This document shows positions 39,280-48,660 of a stretch of DNA of 52,600 bases, in pieces (within the stretch, counting starts at the first letter, position 1; each line of letters starts with the position of its first letter). This DNA is from a virus (Duplodnaviria; Caudoviricetes), in IMG/VR virus record IMGVR_UViG_3300017783_000031, positions 1-52,600 of that record. The stretch is one strand, 5' to 3'. The translations under genes were made by a program, and so were the position numbers. Below the pieces are notes generated by a model. That model was not told where the DNA came from and ran no database searches. It worked only from the letters and a program-made list of their open reading frames with translations.

Positions 39280-39410
39280 TTTCCTTGCCCTTTATAAGGT
39301 TTAACATAATTTTTTGATGATTTTAATTTAGATGTTTTACTTTTTGCATGCACCCCTTTTCTTTTTACTTTATGTTTTAATATATAATTATTTAATATTA
39401 TTTTAGCCAT
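39276..39410 (-). CDS. Small basic protein (44 aa, ends KPYKGQGK)
   Basis: Read by hand; a YxGQGK/R C-terminus is common in small marine phage proteins; coupled ends. Confidence 0.6.
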   Translation of the reverse strand: MAKIILNNYILKHKVKRKGVHAKSKTSKLKSSKNYVKPYKGQGK

Positions 39411-39576
39411 AGCACTTTATATTATATTCTTCATGTAATTGTACTAACTCATTATATTTTAAATACCCTCTGCTTTCAACCGTCCATTTGATCCATTTTT
39501 CAATTTGGCGATTTGCGTAATGTCTTCTTGCTACTTCCTTCGAGCCTCCTTTATTAGGTCTATTACCCTGTCGCAT
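39403..39576 (-). CDS. Small hypothetical protein (57 aa)
   Basis: Read by hand: MRQGNRPNKGGSKEVARRHY..IEKWIKWTVESRGYL..KCYG; fills the gap between the endonuclease and the next gene. Confidence 0.45.
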   Translation of the reverse strand: MRQGNRPNKGGSKEVARRHYANRQIEKWIKWTVESRGYLKYNELVQLHEEYNIKCYG

Positions 39577-39980
39577 TCTTTTTGATTTTGTGGTTTAAAT
39601 AAAACGTAGTCTGGAAATTGTTCTGAAACCAAACGCTTAAATAATTTCCATCTAATAGGAAATGATTCATTAGCTCTACCTTTTGTTTCTATTATAAAAT
39701 CTTCTCCTATAAAATCTGGCGTATATTTTATTGGTAATATTCTTTTTCCTCCCCTATTAGTAAAATCTCCTTTACCGTTAGCTTGTCTTTCATACGATTC
39801 GTTTGCTAAATGAAAGCCATTTATAAGAACAAAGGTTTCTCCTTCATATTTTGCTTTTATTTTTGCTTTTCTTAAAGCCATGTACATATATCTTTCTAAC
39901 CCTGAAGCAAAATTAATTCCATCATAAGTTATTTTTTTAGATTGTACAGGTCCTCTTTTGCTTTTATATTTCTTTCGCAT
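39531..39980 (-). CDS. PD-(D/E)XK endonuclease (T7 endonuclease I / Holliday junction resolvase-like)
   Basis: FASGLE..YEG..YTPDF..IIETKG motif. Confidence 0.8.
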   Translation of the reverse strand: MRKKYKSKRGPVQSKKITYDGINFASGLERYMYMALRKAKIKAKYEGETFVLINGFHLANESYERQANGKGDFTNRGGKRILPIKYTPDFIGEDFIIETKGRANESFPIRWKLFKRLVSEQFPDYVLFKPQNQKECDRVIDLIKEARRK

Positions 39981-40191
39981 CTCTTACGTAGCATTCTTCA
40001 ACTTCCTCGCGTAATACCATCCGTGCTTTTTCAAGATAATTAACTGCATCCATTAATTCTTCTTGTAAATGCTTCAACCAGGTATCAAGAGTTTGATCGT
40101 CATCGGCTAAAGTAACACCGTACTTTTTAAAACCAACATCAGAACGCGATTTAATTTTATTAATTACTTGTTCAATTATTTTGTCTCTCAT
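39964..40191 (-). CDS. Small conserved phage protein (possible all-alpha NTP-PPase-like)
   Basis: GFKKYGVTL..WLKHLQEELMDAVNYLEK. Confidence 0.55.
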   Translation of the reverse strand: MRDKIIEQVINKIKSRSDVGFKKYGVTLADDDQTLDTWLKHLQEELMDAVNYLEKARMVLREEVEECYVRDAKEI

Positions 40192-40958
40192 AATGTATCT
40201 TTTACAAATGTTCCATCTATCATTCTGCCAGTTCTATTAGATATTTCATCATAAGCAGACTGAATACAGCTTTCAACGTCATATCCGACCAGTTTTGAGA
40301 GATTAGTAAGAACAACAACACTATCACCAATAGCATCAATAATACCTTCTTTATCATCTTCAAGTAATGCTTTGGCAAGTTCTCCTGTTTCTTCATATAA
40401 TTTAATTAGTTGTGTTTTAGGATCACCCTTGTCATATATACCACGCTCGTCTGCCCAGCCTCTAATAAGATCAAATATCTCAACCTTATTATATGTAGGT
40501 TTTGAGGAAAAAGCTTCATAATAAGCTTTATTATAAATAAAACAACGGTCATTGTTGTACATGGATGGTTTAGCATTTGCGATTATCCATTTTTTTGTTT
40601 CATTATTTATTTCAAATTCACCAAGACTTGTTTTCCATTTAAATCCTTCATTTTGATTTAAAACTTGCAATAAGTCTTGACGCTCACAATCAAATGTTGA
40701 TGTTTGCTCTGTGGGATTAACTTTCATTGATTTAATTTTTATTAAATTAGTATATAATTGCCTATCAATTTTATAGCCATAAAACTTTTGCAATTTTCTT
40801 TCCATTAATGATGCTTTATTTACATCTCTAGATGAGAATAAAACTTCATATTCATCTTTTTTATATCCTTGTTCATGTTCAACGCGTTTATTTAAATTAC
40901 ACGTCATTCCAATTTTTTGATTAGGAATATGATAAATATAATAATTTTTTTTAATCAT
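40188..40958 (-). CDS. mazG: Fusion protein: N-terminal GIY-YIG-like domain plus C-terminal MazG-like nucleotide pyrophosphohydrolase
   Basis: YYIYHIPNQKIGMTCNLNKRV at the N-terminus; WADERGI..KLYEETGELA..IIDAIGDSVVVL..AYDEISNRTGRMIDGTFVK at the C-terminus; start 40958 or 40970. Confidence 0.75.
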   Translation of the reverse strand: MIKKNYYIYHIPNQKIGMTCNLNKRVEHEQGYKKDEYEVLFSSRDVNKASLMERKLQKFYGYKIDRQLYTNLIKIKSMKVNPTEQTSTFDCERQDLLQVLNQNEGFKWKTSLGEFEINNETKKWIIANAKPSMYNNDRCFIYNKAYYEAFSSKPTYNKVEIFDLIRGWADERGIYDKGDPKTQLIKLYEETGELAKALLEDDKEGIIDAIGDSVVVLTNLSKLVGYDVESCIQSAYDEISNRTGRMIDGTFVKDTL

Positions 40959-41361
40959 AAATTTTATCATATTTAGCTACAACATATATATACTCATTGC
41001 TTTCGGCCATTCCAAAGCCAACTTCGGTACAACTATAACATAATTGCTGATAATATTCAGGAGTATCATAAGCTTCAAACCAAGCTACTGCCGCGTCTAA
41101 ATAATAATTTCTAGAATTCATTATATCATTTTTAGGTAATCTATATAATGATTCTCCATACATATCAGAAGATAAAATTAAGTCATCTTCAATAGCAATA
41201 TAATTAGCCCAAGCTTGAGCTTCTTTTTTAAGCTGTCTATTACTAGATAGCTCTTGCATATTGTAATACGTTCTTACGGTATTTTGAAACTTTACAGCTC
41301 TTCCGTATTGTGCATTAATAAATAAAGGTAAAAATAGTAAAAGTAAATTTAATTTTTTCAT
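40951..41361 (-). CDS. Secreted CAP/SCP-domain protein
   Basis: Signal peptide MKKLNLLLLFLPLFINAQ; N.VR..LKKEAQAWA..GESLY..AVAWF..TEVGFG..YVVAKY pattern. Confidence 0.65.
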   Translation of the reverse strand: MKKLNLLLLFLPLFINAQYGRAVKFQNTVRTYYNMQELSSNRQLKKEAQAWANYIAIEDDLILSSDMYGESLYRLPKNDIMNSRNYYLDAAVAWFEAYDTPEYYQQLCYSCTEVGFGMAESNEYIYVVAKYDKIYD

Positions 41362-42182
41362 GTCGATAATTTTGCTTTAATTGGTTCGTGATATTTATAA
41401 TTATTTAACTCAATCATATTCTTTGTGGGAATATGAATAAAATTACCAGCGCCTTCTCTAAGGGTTAACCCAAAGGACATTTCTAGTTGCGGTAATTCAA
41501 ATGTAGACCTTTCCAGCTGAATTTTAGCTGCTTCAAGGTGATTATTATATAAATGACAATCTCCAAGACTACATATTAATTCTCCGGGCTTATACCCGTT
41601 TCCTCTTGCTAACATTTCTAATAATAAGCCGTACATGACTATATCGTAAGGTAAGCCAAGAAATATGTCAGCGGATCTTTGCTGCCACATTAAACTAATT
41701 TCACCATTATTAATATACACTTGTAAACCGTAATGGCAAGGAGGAAGTACCATATCAGCAAGCTCAGCTGGATTCCAAGCATTAATAATAATTCTACGTG
41801 AAGTTGGATTTTTTTTGATCTCTCTAAGAAGCTCATATAGCTGATCAACCCCACCGAAATTACGCCACTGCTTGCCATATACGGGGCCCAATGTGCCATC
41901 GGTTCTACCTGATCTATTATAATCATCATCCCAATATCTAACATTGTTGGAATGCAAATAAGCAAGATCAGTTTTACCGGATAAAATCCATAAAAGTTCT
42001 GTAACAGCTTTTTCAAAATATATTTTTTTGCTAGTTAATATTGGAAATCCGAGTTCCATATTATGTCTAAGCATTCTTCCGAAGACAGCACGCGTCCCCG
42101 TGCCTGTTCTATCTGATTTTTCAGCTCCGCCATAGAGTACTCCTGATAATAATCCTCTGTATTCATGTTCTATATTTATCAT
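41358..42182 (-). CDS. thyA: Thymidylate synthase
   Basis: DRTGTGT, LGPVYGKQWR, SRRIIINAWN, LPPCH, QRSADIFLGLPYD, GDCHLYNNH. Confidence 0.95.
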   Translation of the reverse strand: MINIEHEYRGLLSGVLYGGAEKSDRTGTGTRAVFGRMLRHNMELGFPILTSKKIYFEKAVTELLWILSGKTDLAYLHSNNVRYWDDDYNRSGRTDGTLGPVYGKQWRNFGGVDQLYELLREIKKNPTSRRIIINAWNPAELADMVLPPCHYGLQVYINNGEISLMWQQRSADIFLGLPYDIVMYGLLLEMLARGNGYKPGELICSLGDCHLYNNHLEAAKIQLERSTFELPQLEMSFGLTLREGAGNFIHIPTKNMIELNNYKYHEPIKAKLST

Positions 42183-42444
42183 AATAATATTTACAAAATT
42201 TATAATATTCTACCCAAATTGTGTTTTTATCATATATGTGTGGGGCTATTTTAGGCTTTTCGCCTTTCTTATATGGCCCTATATTAATACCTATTCTCCA
42301 CTTATTGGGCTCACCATTAATACCTAAAGGGGAAATCCTAAAGTTATTTCTAATACAAAATAAACTTGCTTCATATTCTTCAGGTGTAGGATGATAATAA
42401 GGCATCCACGTATTTTTATCTTTATTTTTTAATCCGCTTCCCAT
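42163..42444 (-). CDS. Hypothetical protein
   Basis: 93-aa ORF overlapping its neighbours in the operon. Confidence 0.55.
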   Translation of the reverse strand: MGSGLKNKDKNTWMPYYHPTPEEYEASLFCIRNNFRISPLGINGEPNKWRIGINIGPYKKGEKPKIAPHIYDKNTIWVEYYKFCKYYYDKYRT

Positions 42445-44144
42445 GGCATTTTATCATTAATTGCTATTTCTCTGTGCGGAATAAAGCAACCTGACTTTGG
42501 CTCCCATTTAAAATAAGCTTCAGCCCCATTTTCACCTAAATTTTGAAATTTAACTTTTAAAACTTTAGCTTTAACTGTTTTGTTTTCATAATCTCTGTGA
42601 ACAAGTAAACCGTGATAACTAGCATCATACCATTCCCCGCCTCCTTTAATATTATACATTGTGGGCTCTTCAATTTTACCATTTGTATCTTTATACATTT
42701 TAGTAGGATGAGCAACTATTATAACTAAAACATCATATTTTTTAGCAAATATTTCAATTTTAGTTAAATATTCCATTGTATAACGATTTACATCTTCTGT
42801 TTTAGCATCTATATCTCTAATTTTATTAAATGGGTCAATAACTAAGCATTTAATGCCTTTTCTTTTTACCAGTTCAGCGCCTTTCTTTAAAACTGACTCT
42901 AAAGTATAGCGTTCCATGTCTATAAAAAAGAAATTATCATTAACATGCCCAGCTATTGATTGCCATTTCTCCCCCCCAATGTCGGATTTGCGTGGCATAT
43001 CTTGCCAAACTTTTCGCATTAGTTTATGGGCGTGTAAAAATGTTGGAGCATTTTCTGGTGAGGCAAAAGCTGTTTTCCAACCATAATTTGCATTATAGCC
43101 TATAACCATTTGGTCAACAAAATCAGACTTCCCAGAAGAAGGAATACCAGTAACAGTAATAAATTGTCCGGTGTACGTTGAAAATATTTCATCAAAATTT
43201 TCCAAACCAATTTGAAAGCCTTTCTTAAATCCATTTTGCACAAAATCTGTAATCTCACCCTCAATATCATTAAGCGTTGTAACATTTTCAAGCGGTACCG
43301 GTTTTGCTTTGGTAATACACTGTGCCAGTTTTTGTTTTCCATATTTTAATAAATATTCATTTGCATCTTTGCAGTCATCAAAATCTGCAATATAACATAT
43401 TTCAGCCCCTAATCTTCTAACTAATTCAGCTCTTAAAGCTATACCAGGCTCATCTTGATCAACAGCAATAATAACTTTTTCTTTATCTATAAAATAATCT
43501 ATACAATTATCTAAATAATCTAAATTATTTGAATTTAGTGTTGCTCCGTTAGGTACAGATATTACGTTAGGGATACCAGCTTCATAAATACTAAGAGCAT
43601 CCATTTCACCTTCCACAATAATACAATATTCATAACCAACAATATTATCAATATTATAGAATATTTTTTCGGCTCCTTTATATAATTTAAAATTTTTCCT
43701 ACCATCTCTATATTTAACGTTTATAAGCTCGTTACCTGCATAATAATTAAAATGTATAGCATTTTCTTGTTTACCTGTTTGAGGCATATATTCAGGGCCT
43801 TCAGAAACTTTTAAAGATTTTAAAGTACCCTGAGATATACCTCTAGTATTAAACCATTTAGTTATCTTACTTCCTAAATCTTTCGGCTTTACCTCTGGTT
43901 TAATATAAACTTTATCTGCATTACCTTTTCTTTGATATGTATGTAATTGAAAAGTTGAATTACAATTATGGCAAGTACCAAGACCCCGTTCCCAATCATA
44001 AGAAGCGCATTTGCGTTTTTTATTTTCAGGTTTTCTATCAGATGAACAAAGAGGACATGTGCCCTCTTTTTTTCCTGTCTGTAGATCATATTGATTGAAT
44101 GTATCAATCAAAAATCCATTGATCTCCGTATTGTTTATATCCAT
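42429..44144 (-). CDS. DNA primase-helicase (T7 gp4/Twinkle-like)
   Basis: CPLC..CHNC zinc finger, TOPRIM IVEGEMDALS and DQDEPG, KDANEYL, SF4 Walker A GIPSSGKS, LVIDPFN, VAHPTK. Confidence 0.92.
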   Translation of the reverse strand: MDINNTEINGFLIDTFNQYDLQTGKKEGTCPLCSSDRKPENKKRKCASYDWERGLGTCHNCNSTFQLHTYQRKGNADKVYIKPEVKPKDLGSKITKWFNTRGISQGTLKSLKVSEGPEYMPQTGKQENAIHFNYYAGNELINVKYRDGRKNFKLYKGAEKIFYNIDNIVGYEYCIIVEGEMDALSIYEAGIPNVISVPNGATLNSNNLDYLDNCIDYFIDKEKVIIAVDQDEPGIALRAELVRRLGAEICYIADFDDCKDANEYLLKYGKQKLAQCITKAKPVPLENVTTLNDIEGEITDFVQNGFKKGFQIGLENFDEIFSTYTGQFITVTGIPSSGKSDFVDQMVIGYNANYGWKTAFASPENAPTFLHAHKLMRKVWQDMPRKSDIGGEKWQSIAGHVNDNFFFIDMERYTLESVLKKGAELVKRKGIKCLVIDPFNKIRDIDAKTEDVNRYTMEYLTKIEIFAKKYDVLVIIVAHPTKMYKDTNGKIEEPTMYNIKGGGEWYDASYHGLLVHRDYENKTVKAKVLKVKFQNLGENGAEAYFKWEPKSGCFIPHREIAINDKMPWEAD

Positions 44145-44145
44145 A

Positions 44146-44460
44146 TTAAAATGGCAAGTCGTCTTCTACTTCTTTAGGCGCTGCAGATGTTGTTTGTAAT
44201 GGTTGACCATCTCTGGGTGGTGGGCTTGGAAATTCTCCATTAGTCCATGCAACTTGCACATTTCCCAAATATGTTTTTTCCATTTTAGCATCTCTTTCGT
44301 CTTTTGTTTGAGATACAATAACTGGACCTTGGTTACCAAATTGATCAACCTCGTCATTAATACTAATTGTAATAGGTAAATATTTACCTTTTTTACCCTC
44401 AATAATTTTATCTTTAGGTATGTTACTCAAGTTAATACTTGTTTTAATAATTCCTGCCAT
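44146..44460 (-). CDS. Probable single-stranded DNA-binding protein
   Basis: 104 aa with an acidic EDDLPF C-terminus; located next to the helicase and recombination genes. Confidence 0.65.
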   Translation of the reverse strand: MAGIIKTSINLSNIPKDKIIEGKKGKYLPITISINDEVDQFGNQGPVIVSQTKDERDAKMEKTYLGNVQVAWTNGEFPSPPPRDGQPLQTTSAAPKEVEDDLPF

Positions 44461-44462
44461 TG

Positions 44463-45191
44463 TTATAAAGTTAAGTTAATAAAATAATTTTCTGGTTTAA
44501 AATTTTCTGTTTTATAAAACAATTCATAAACGTCAGTTGCTTTTTGAACTTTGTCTAATCCTGTTTGATAAAATTTATCAGACACATCAAATAAACCTAT
44601 TTGATGAGTATTTTTGTCTACAACAATAAACAAAAAGTTATATCCAAATAACTTACTATAAATATATGCCTGGCTATCATAATTATAACGTTTAGCACTA
44701 TATCTAAATGATTGAATATCATTTGTAGTTTTTAAATCAATGATTAATTTTTCATCATGATTTATAATATCCGCTTTGCCTTTCCATTTATTATTTTCTA
44801 TTTCAATAATACCTGGAACTTCATACTCAACATTACCTGTAATTAATTTATTTATAATTTCATTATTGAGCATTTTGTCTCGCATTACTTCTATTTGATC
44901 AACTTCATGTTGCAATAAACATAATTCGCCTCCCGATATTTCTTTATAAAGCTTTGTGTTACGGGTAGAGGCTTCTATAACTTTATATTTCTTTAGCTTA
45001 TCAGGCTCAAGTATACAAGTGTGAAAATATCCTCCTACTAAAAAAGCGGGCGAAGGTTTACTGGGTTTTTTAAAGTCGAGCGGATTTGAAAGTAATACGG
45101 AAATATCTGAATTGCTTAAAAATTGTTTACCAAAATCACCATAATAATGATTATCATTTCTTAGCTTTTCAATTATTTCATTTTGGTTCAT
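44463..45191 (-). CDS. PD-(D/E)XK exonuclease (RecE/exonuclease VIII-like)
   Basis: LSNSDI, GGYFHTCILEP, KGKADII..IIDLKTT, YDSQAYIY. Confidence 0.8.
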   Translation of the reverse strand: MNQNEIIEKLRNDNHYYGDFGKQFLSNSDISVLLSNPLDFKKPSKPSPAFLVGGYFHTCILEPDKLKKYKVIEASTRNTKLYKEISGGELCLLQHEVDQIEVMRDKMLNNEIINKLITGNVEYEVPGIIEIENNKWKGKADIINHDEKLIIDLKTTNDIQSFRYSAKRYNYDSQAYIYSKLFGYNFLFIVVDKNTHQIGLFDVSDKFYQTGLDKVQKATDVYELFYKTENFKPENYFINLTL

Positions 45192-45720
45192 GTACTTTTA
45201 ATGTTAGCATGTCATCGCTTGACACATTATACTTACTTAATATTGCTTTTAATGCGCCACCAGATTCTACAAAACTAATTGCTTTTGTCCAATTTTCTGT
45301 GCCTTTAATTAACTTAGGTTTTGAAGAGGATTTATCATGCATATTAGTTGCATCTGAATCTGCTGTATCATCAATTAACAATAGATTTCCAAGTGCATAC
45401 TTTTTACCGTAAGAAGAAGCAGAACCAAATTGCTGAGGTACTTGCATTCCTTTTTGATTAAAGTCTACACCGACTAGAGCAGAAGCTGATATAAAGTTTG
45501 CACCATCTGCATCAAATACAGTTGCTGCCGACTCAATAACGCCGTCGCCTAGGTATTTCTCATTAACAGTAAAGTATACTTTATACTTTTTGTTAAATGG
45601 TTTAAGTGCTTCAAGGATGTCTTCGGCTGATCTGAAGTTGTATTTGCCGAACGAGTTAAAACGTGACTTTTTGGACTTAAACTCTTGTTGAATTAAACTT
45701 AATTTCTCATGAATAGTCAT
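45178..45720 (-). CDS. ERF-family ssDNA annealing recombinase
   Basis: NSFGKYNFRSAEDILEALKP and QQFGSASSYGKKYALGNLLLIDD..DSD. Confidence 0.85.
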   Translation of the reverse strand: MTIHEKLSLIQQEFKSKKSRFNSFGKYNFRSAEDILEALKPFNKKYKVYFTVNEKYLGDGVIESAATVFDADGANFISASALVGVDFNQKGMQVPQQFGSASSYGKKYALGNLLLIDDTADSDATNMHDKSSSKPKLIKGTENWTKAISFVESGGALKAILSKYNVSSDDMLTLKVHEPK

Positions 45721-45749
45721 AATATATTATTACGTATTAATGGTTAAAC

Positions 45750-46493
45750 TTAAAGAAAATCAATTACTTGAGCTGGGTTTACACTCTCGATTAACTTATT
45801 TATTGCATCCCTTTTTATTTGAGATATTCTTACATATGAAGCTGTGCCTTTTATCTGTAATTTATCAGCAATTGCTTTAGCTGACATTTTATCACAGTCT
45901 AAACCATAACTCATACGCAATACATCATATTCTTTTATACTTAAATGTGATTGCATTATAGATAATAAATACTTATTCATTATATCTATATTGTAATCTT
46001 TTGAATTATCTGGTATTTCAAAAAATGTATTATTATCTTTATCTGTTTCATCTAGCGAATAAAATATACTATTAAAAAACATTTCAACTGTTTTTTGTTC
46101 CGCCTCAGAATTTTTTCGCATATCATTTAACTTATGCTCAGGAATACGTATATTACCCCTGTTTATATCAATAGCTCTGCGTATAGCACCTTTAATTCTT
46201 TTACTTAAAAAACTATTAAGTGTGCGTTGGGGTTCAGTTGAATCAGTAATTTGATTCCAATCTATTTTATCAACCGCCGCTATTAATCCTATTGCTCCTT
46301 CTTGTATTAAATCATTTATAGTCATAACGCCTGACGCTTGTTGAGATGTAGAAAATTTTCTTGCTATTGTTTCAACCAAACCCATGTGAGATATAATTAA
46401 ATCTTGTCTACTATCTCCGGTATCGGGTATTTCGCTATAACTTGCAAGGTCATGTTTAAACCTAACGTAGTTTTGTATGTTATACTTCTTCAT
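45750..46493 (-). CDS. Phage sigma70-family RNA polymerase sigma factor
   Basis: Region 2 LVETIARKF..DLIQEGAIGLIAAVDKID, IRIPEH, region 4 LSIKEYDVLRMSYGL..VRISQIKRDAINKL. Confidence 0.85.
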   Translation of the reverse strand: MKKYNIQNYVRFKHDLASYSEIPDTGDSRQDLIISHMGLVETIARKFSTSQQASGVMTINDLIQEGAIGLIAAVDKIDWNQITDSTEPQRTLNSFLSKRIKGAIRRAIDINRGNIRIPEHKLNDMRKNSEAEQKTVEMFFNSIFYSLDETDKDNNTFFEIPDNSKDYNIDIMNKYLLSIMQSHLSIKEYDVLRMSYGLDCDKMSAKAIADKLQIKGTASYVRISQIKRDAINKLIESVNPAQVIDFL

Positions 46494-47097
46494 TCAATAG
46501 CATCTTTTCTTGCTTAATCTCTAAAGTTATATTTCTGTATATAGTTCTTGTTGACACGTTTAATAAATTAGCTATTTTAGAAATAGTAATTTTTTTATTA
46601 TTATCATGTATGCCAAGCATTGCTTCATATATATCTCCTGCCTCTGCTTTTTTCTTTCTACCTATAATACTGCCAACTATTTTTAGTTTTTCAGTAGATG
46701 TGAGACCAGAATATTCTTTAAATATAATTTTACGCATTTTATTTTTTGGAGGGGCTTCTAAATCTTTTTCAAAAACCTCGTCAACTAAATTAATTATACT
46801 TGATTCATTTAGTTTTATAACTACAAACCCATTATCCTTATCAGCAAGATAGCGCGTTAATTCTAAAATATCGTCATATGTTAATTTTTTATTTAAATAC
46901 CATAATACAAGTAAGTGCCATTTAAATGATTTATAAGATGTTATTTTTGCTTTAGATCTAAATAATTCATAACATTCGTATGTACCATTTTCATAAAAGT
47001 TACCCCAACTAAAAATTTCAGAAGGGGTATCAGTAATAGGTCCGCGTCGATATACGATACGTCTTCGATGTAAATACTCGAGATTTTTATGTGACAT
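46480..47097 (-). CDS. DNA-binding protein with C-terminal HTH (possible replication initiator or regulator)
   Basis: ITISKIANLLNVSTRTIYRNI helix-turn-helix. Confidence 0.6.
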   Translation of the reverse strand: MSHKNLEYLHRRRIVYRRGPITDTPSEIFSWGNFYENGTYECYELFRSKAKITSYKSFKWHLLVLWYLNKKLTYDDILELTRYLADKDNGFVVIKLNESSIINLVDEVFEKDLEAPPKNKMRKIIFKEYSGLTSTEKLKIVGSIIGRKKKAEAGDIYEAMLGIHDNNKKITISKIANLLNVSTRTIYRNITLEIKQEKMLLNEEV

Positions 47098-47138
47098 TAG
47101 CCTGCTACTATTATTTAATTAATTTGCTATCGTCATGC

Positions 47139-47348
47139 TTATAGCAATACTAGTCTTAAATGTTTTCTATATTGTTTCATTCTTGAACCAATAGCCTGCA
47201 TTTCTTTTACTTTTTTATTTAATTCTTTCCCTTTTAATTCTGAAATTTCTAAAGAATTTTTAGATAATTTATTATGCAGATAAAATAGATGATTTGATAC
47301 GGCTGATATGTGTTTACTTTTTCTACTTTTTAGCTTTTCTAAAATCAT
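47139..47348 (-). CDS. Small basic hypothetical protein
   Basis: 69-aa ORF in the track. Confidence 0.5.
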   Translation of the reverse strand: MILEKLKSRKSKHISAVSNHLFYLHNKLSKNSLEISELKGKELNKKVKEMQAIGSRMKQYRKHLRLVLL

Positions 47349-47388
47349 TTGTTTTTGTTTTATGGTTTTTAAAAAAAAATATAAATAA

Positions 47389-47541
47389 TTAAAATATTTT
47401 TATAATATCTATTACTGCTTCGGGGCTAAAGTACTTTAATATACCATTTATTGCAGCTTCCTGTACGTGTAAATCTACTTCGGTATTAATTAAAAACTCT
47501 TCTCTACCCCATCTTGGGCAATTAATTATAAGTGTACTCAT
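47389..47541 (-). CDS. Small hypothetical protein (50 aa, MSTLIINCPRWGREEF...)
   Basis: Read by hand; ATG overlaps the upstream stop. Confidence 0.5.
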   Translation of the reverse strand: MSTLIINCPRWGREEFLINTEVDLHVQEAAINGILKYFSPEAVIDIIKIF

Positions 47542-47837
47542 TATAATTTGTTAATTTTAAGTCTTAATATTCTTATTTTATTTTTAATTATTTCGGCTTT
47601 TTCATAATCTTCATTATCTACATATGTTTCAAGTAAATTTTCAAGTTTATGTAGTTCCCACCCATAATATTCAATTTCTGATACTTGAGTACTATTACCA
47701 AATTCATCAGATACCATAAACGTTTGAGTATTATTTTCATAAGACTCTTGGTGGGTAACTAATTTTTTGAATAATAATTCAGCTATTTTTTCAATTTCTT
47801 GTTCTGATAGTGCCATAGAAGTTATTATATTACTCAT
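47541..47837 (-). CDS. Hypothetical protein with a C-terminal UVR (UvrB/UvrC) coiled-coil motif
   Basis: LETYVDNEDYEKAEIIKNKIRIL. Confidence 0.6.
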   Translation of the reverse strand: MSNIITSMALSEQEIEKIAELLFKKLVTHQESYENNTQTFMVSDEFGNSTQVSEIEYYGWELHKLENLLETYVDNEDYEKAEIIKNKIRILRLKINKL

Positions 47838-47842
47838 TTTTA

Positions 47843-48037
47843 TTATTTATTTAATATATTTTTTATGTTAGTTTTATTAGAAACTATGGTTTCGGCGGCA
47901 TCAATAATGTTGTGTATAGCAATACCTTCAGGCATATCTATTTGCATATCAGCTATATTCCCAATTTGATAATCATGAATAAAATTCCATAAATTATATT
48001 GTAAATCATCTAAATTATTTTTTGTAAGCATATTCAT
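47843..48037 (-). CDS. Small hypothetical protein
   Basis: 64-aa ORF in the track. Confidence 0.5.
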   Translation of the reverse strand: MNMLTKNNLDDLQYNLWNFIHDYQIGNIADMQIDMPEGIAIHNIIDAAETIVSNKTNIKNILNK

Positions 48038-48248
48038 ATTTATTAGCTTTTATAATATGTTTATTAATAAACTTACCAATTGACTCAGAATATTTCATAG
48101 ATAAAAAAGTATTGGTTGGTACACCAATATAACTATATTTTTTACCATCATTAAATTTTAAATCTAATATTTCATTTTCATAGTCATACTCGGCTTTACT
48201 AATAGCCATAGAGTTTACATGCACTGTTTCTTTGTTTACTTTAATCAT
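48015..48248 (-). CDS. KTSC-domain protein
   Basis: VNSMAISKAEYD..LDLKFNDGKKYSYIGVP..SESIGKFINKHI. Confidence 0.85.
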   Translation of the reverse strand: MIKVNKETVHVNSMAISKAEYDYENEILDLKFNDGKKYSYIGVPTNTFLSMKYSESIGKFINKHIIKANKYEYAYKK

Positions 48249-48648
48249 TTGTTAATTTATTTAATTGTTCTTCTAATATTTCAACACGCTTTAAAATGCG
48301 TTCAAACGTCATATCAAATTCTTGAATGCGCCCAGGTGGTATATATTTTTTATCTAATTTAGTAGATATTTTATCATATATATCATTCATATATGGATCG
48401 TATTTGGCTTCAGTATCATATTTTTTTAAACCATTTATAACTGTAGCGTGATCGCGATTTACTTGTTTACCTATAGCTGATAAGCTTGCATATCTACAAA
48501 ACTTACGGGCTAATTTAAAATATATAAATCTTGCCTGTGCTAATTCTCTTGTTCTTGTTTTTGAACTTAAATTATTTATACTAAGTTCATATTGTACTAA
48601 ATCAAATATTTCTTTAGTTTTAACTATTCGTTTGTTTTTAATATCCAT
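48241..48648 (-). CDS. Protein with a DnaA domain IV-like (Bac_DnaA_C) HTH
   Basis: LSSKTRTRELAQARFIYFKLAR..SLSAIGKQVNRDHATVINGLKK matches the RDHxTV signature. Confidence 0.8.
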   Translation of the reverse strand: MDIKNKRIVKTKEIFDLVQYELSINNLSSKTRTRELAQARFIYFKLARKFCRYASLSAIGKQVNRDHATVINGLKKYDTEAKYDPYMNDIYDKISTKLDKKYIPPGRIQEFDMTFERILKRVEILEEQLNKLTND

Positions 48649-48660
48649 ATGTATTCGTGT

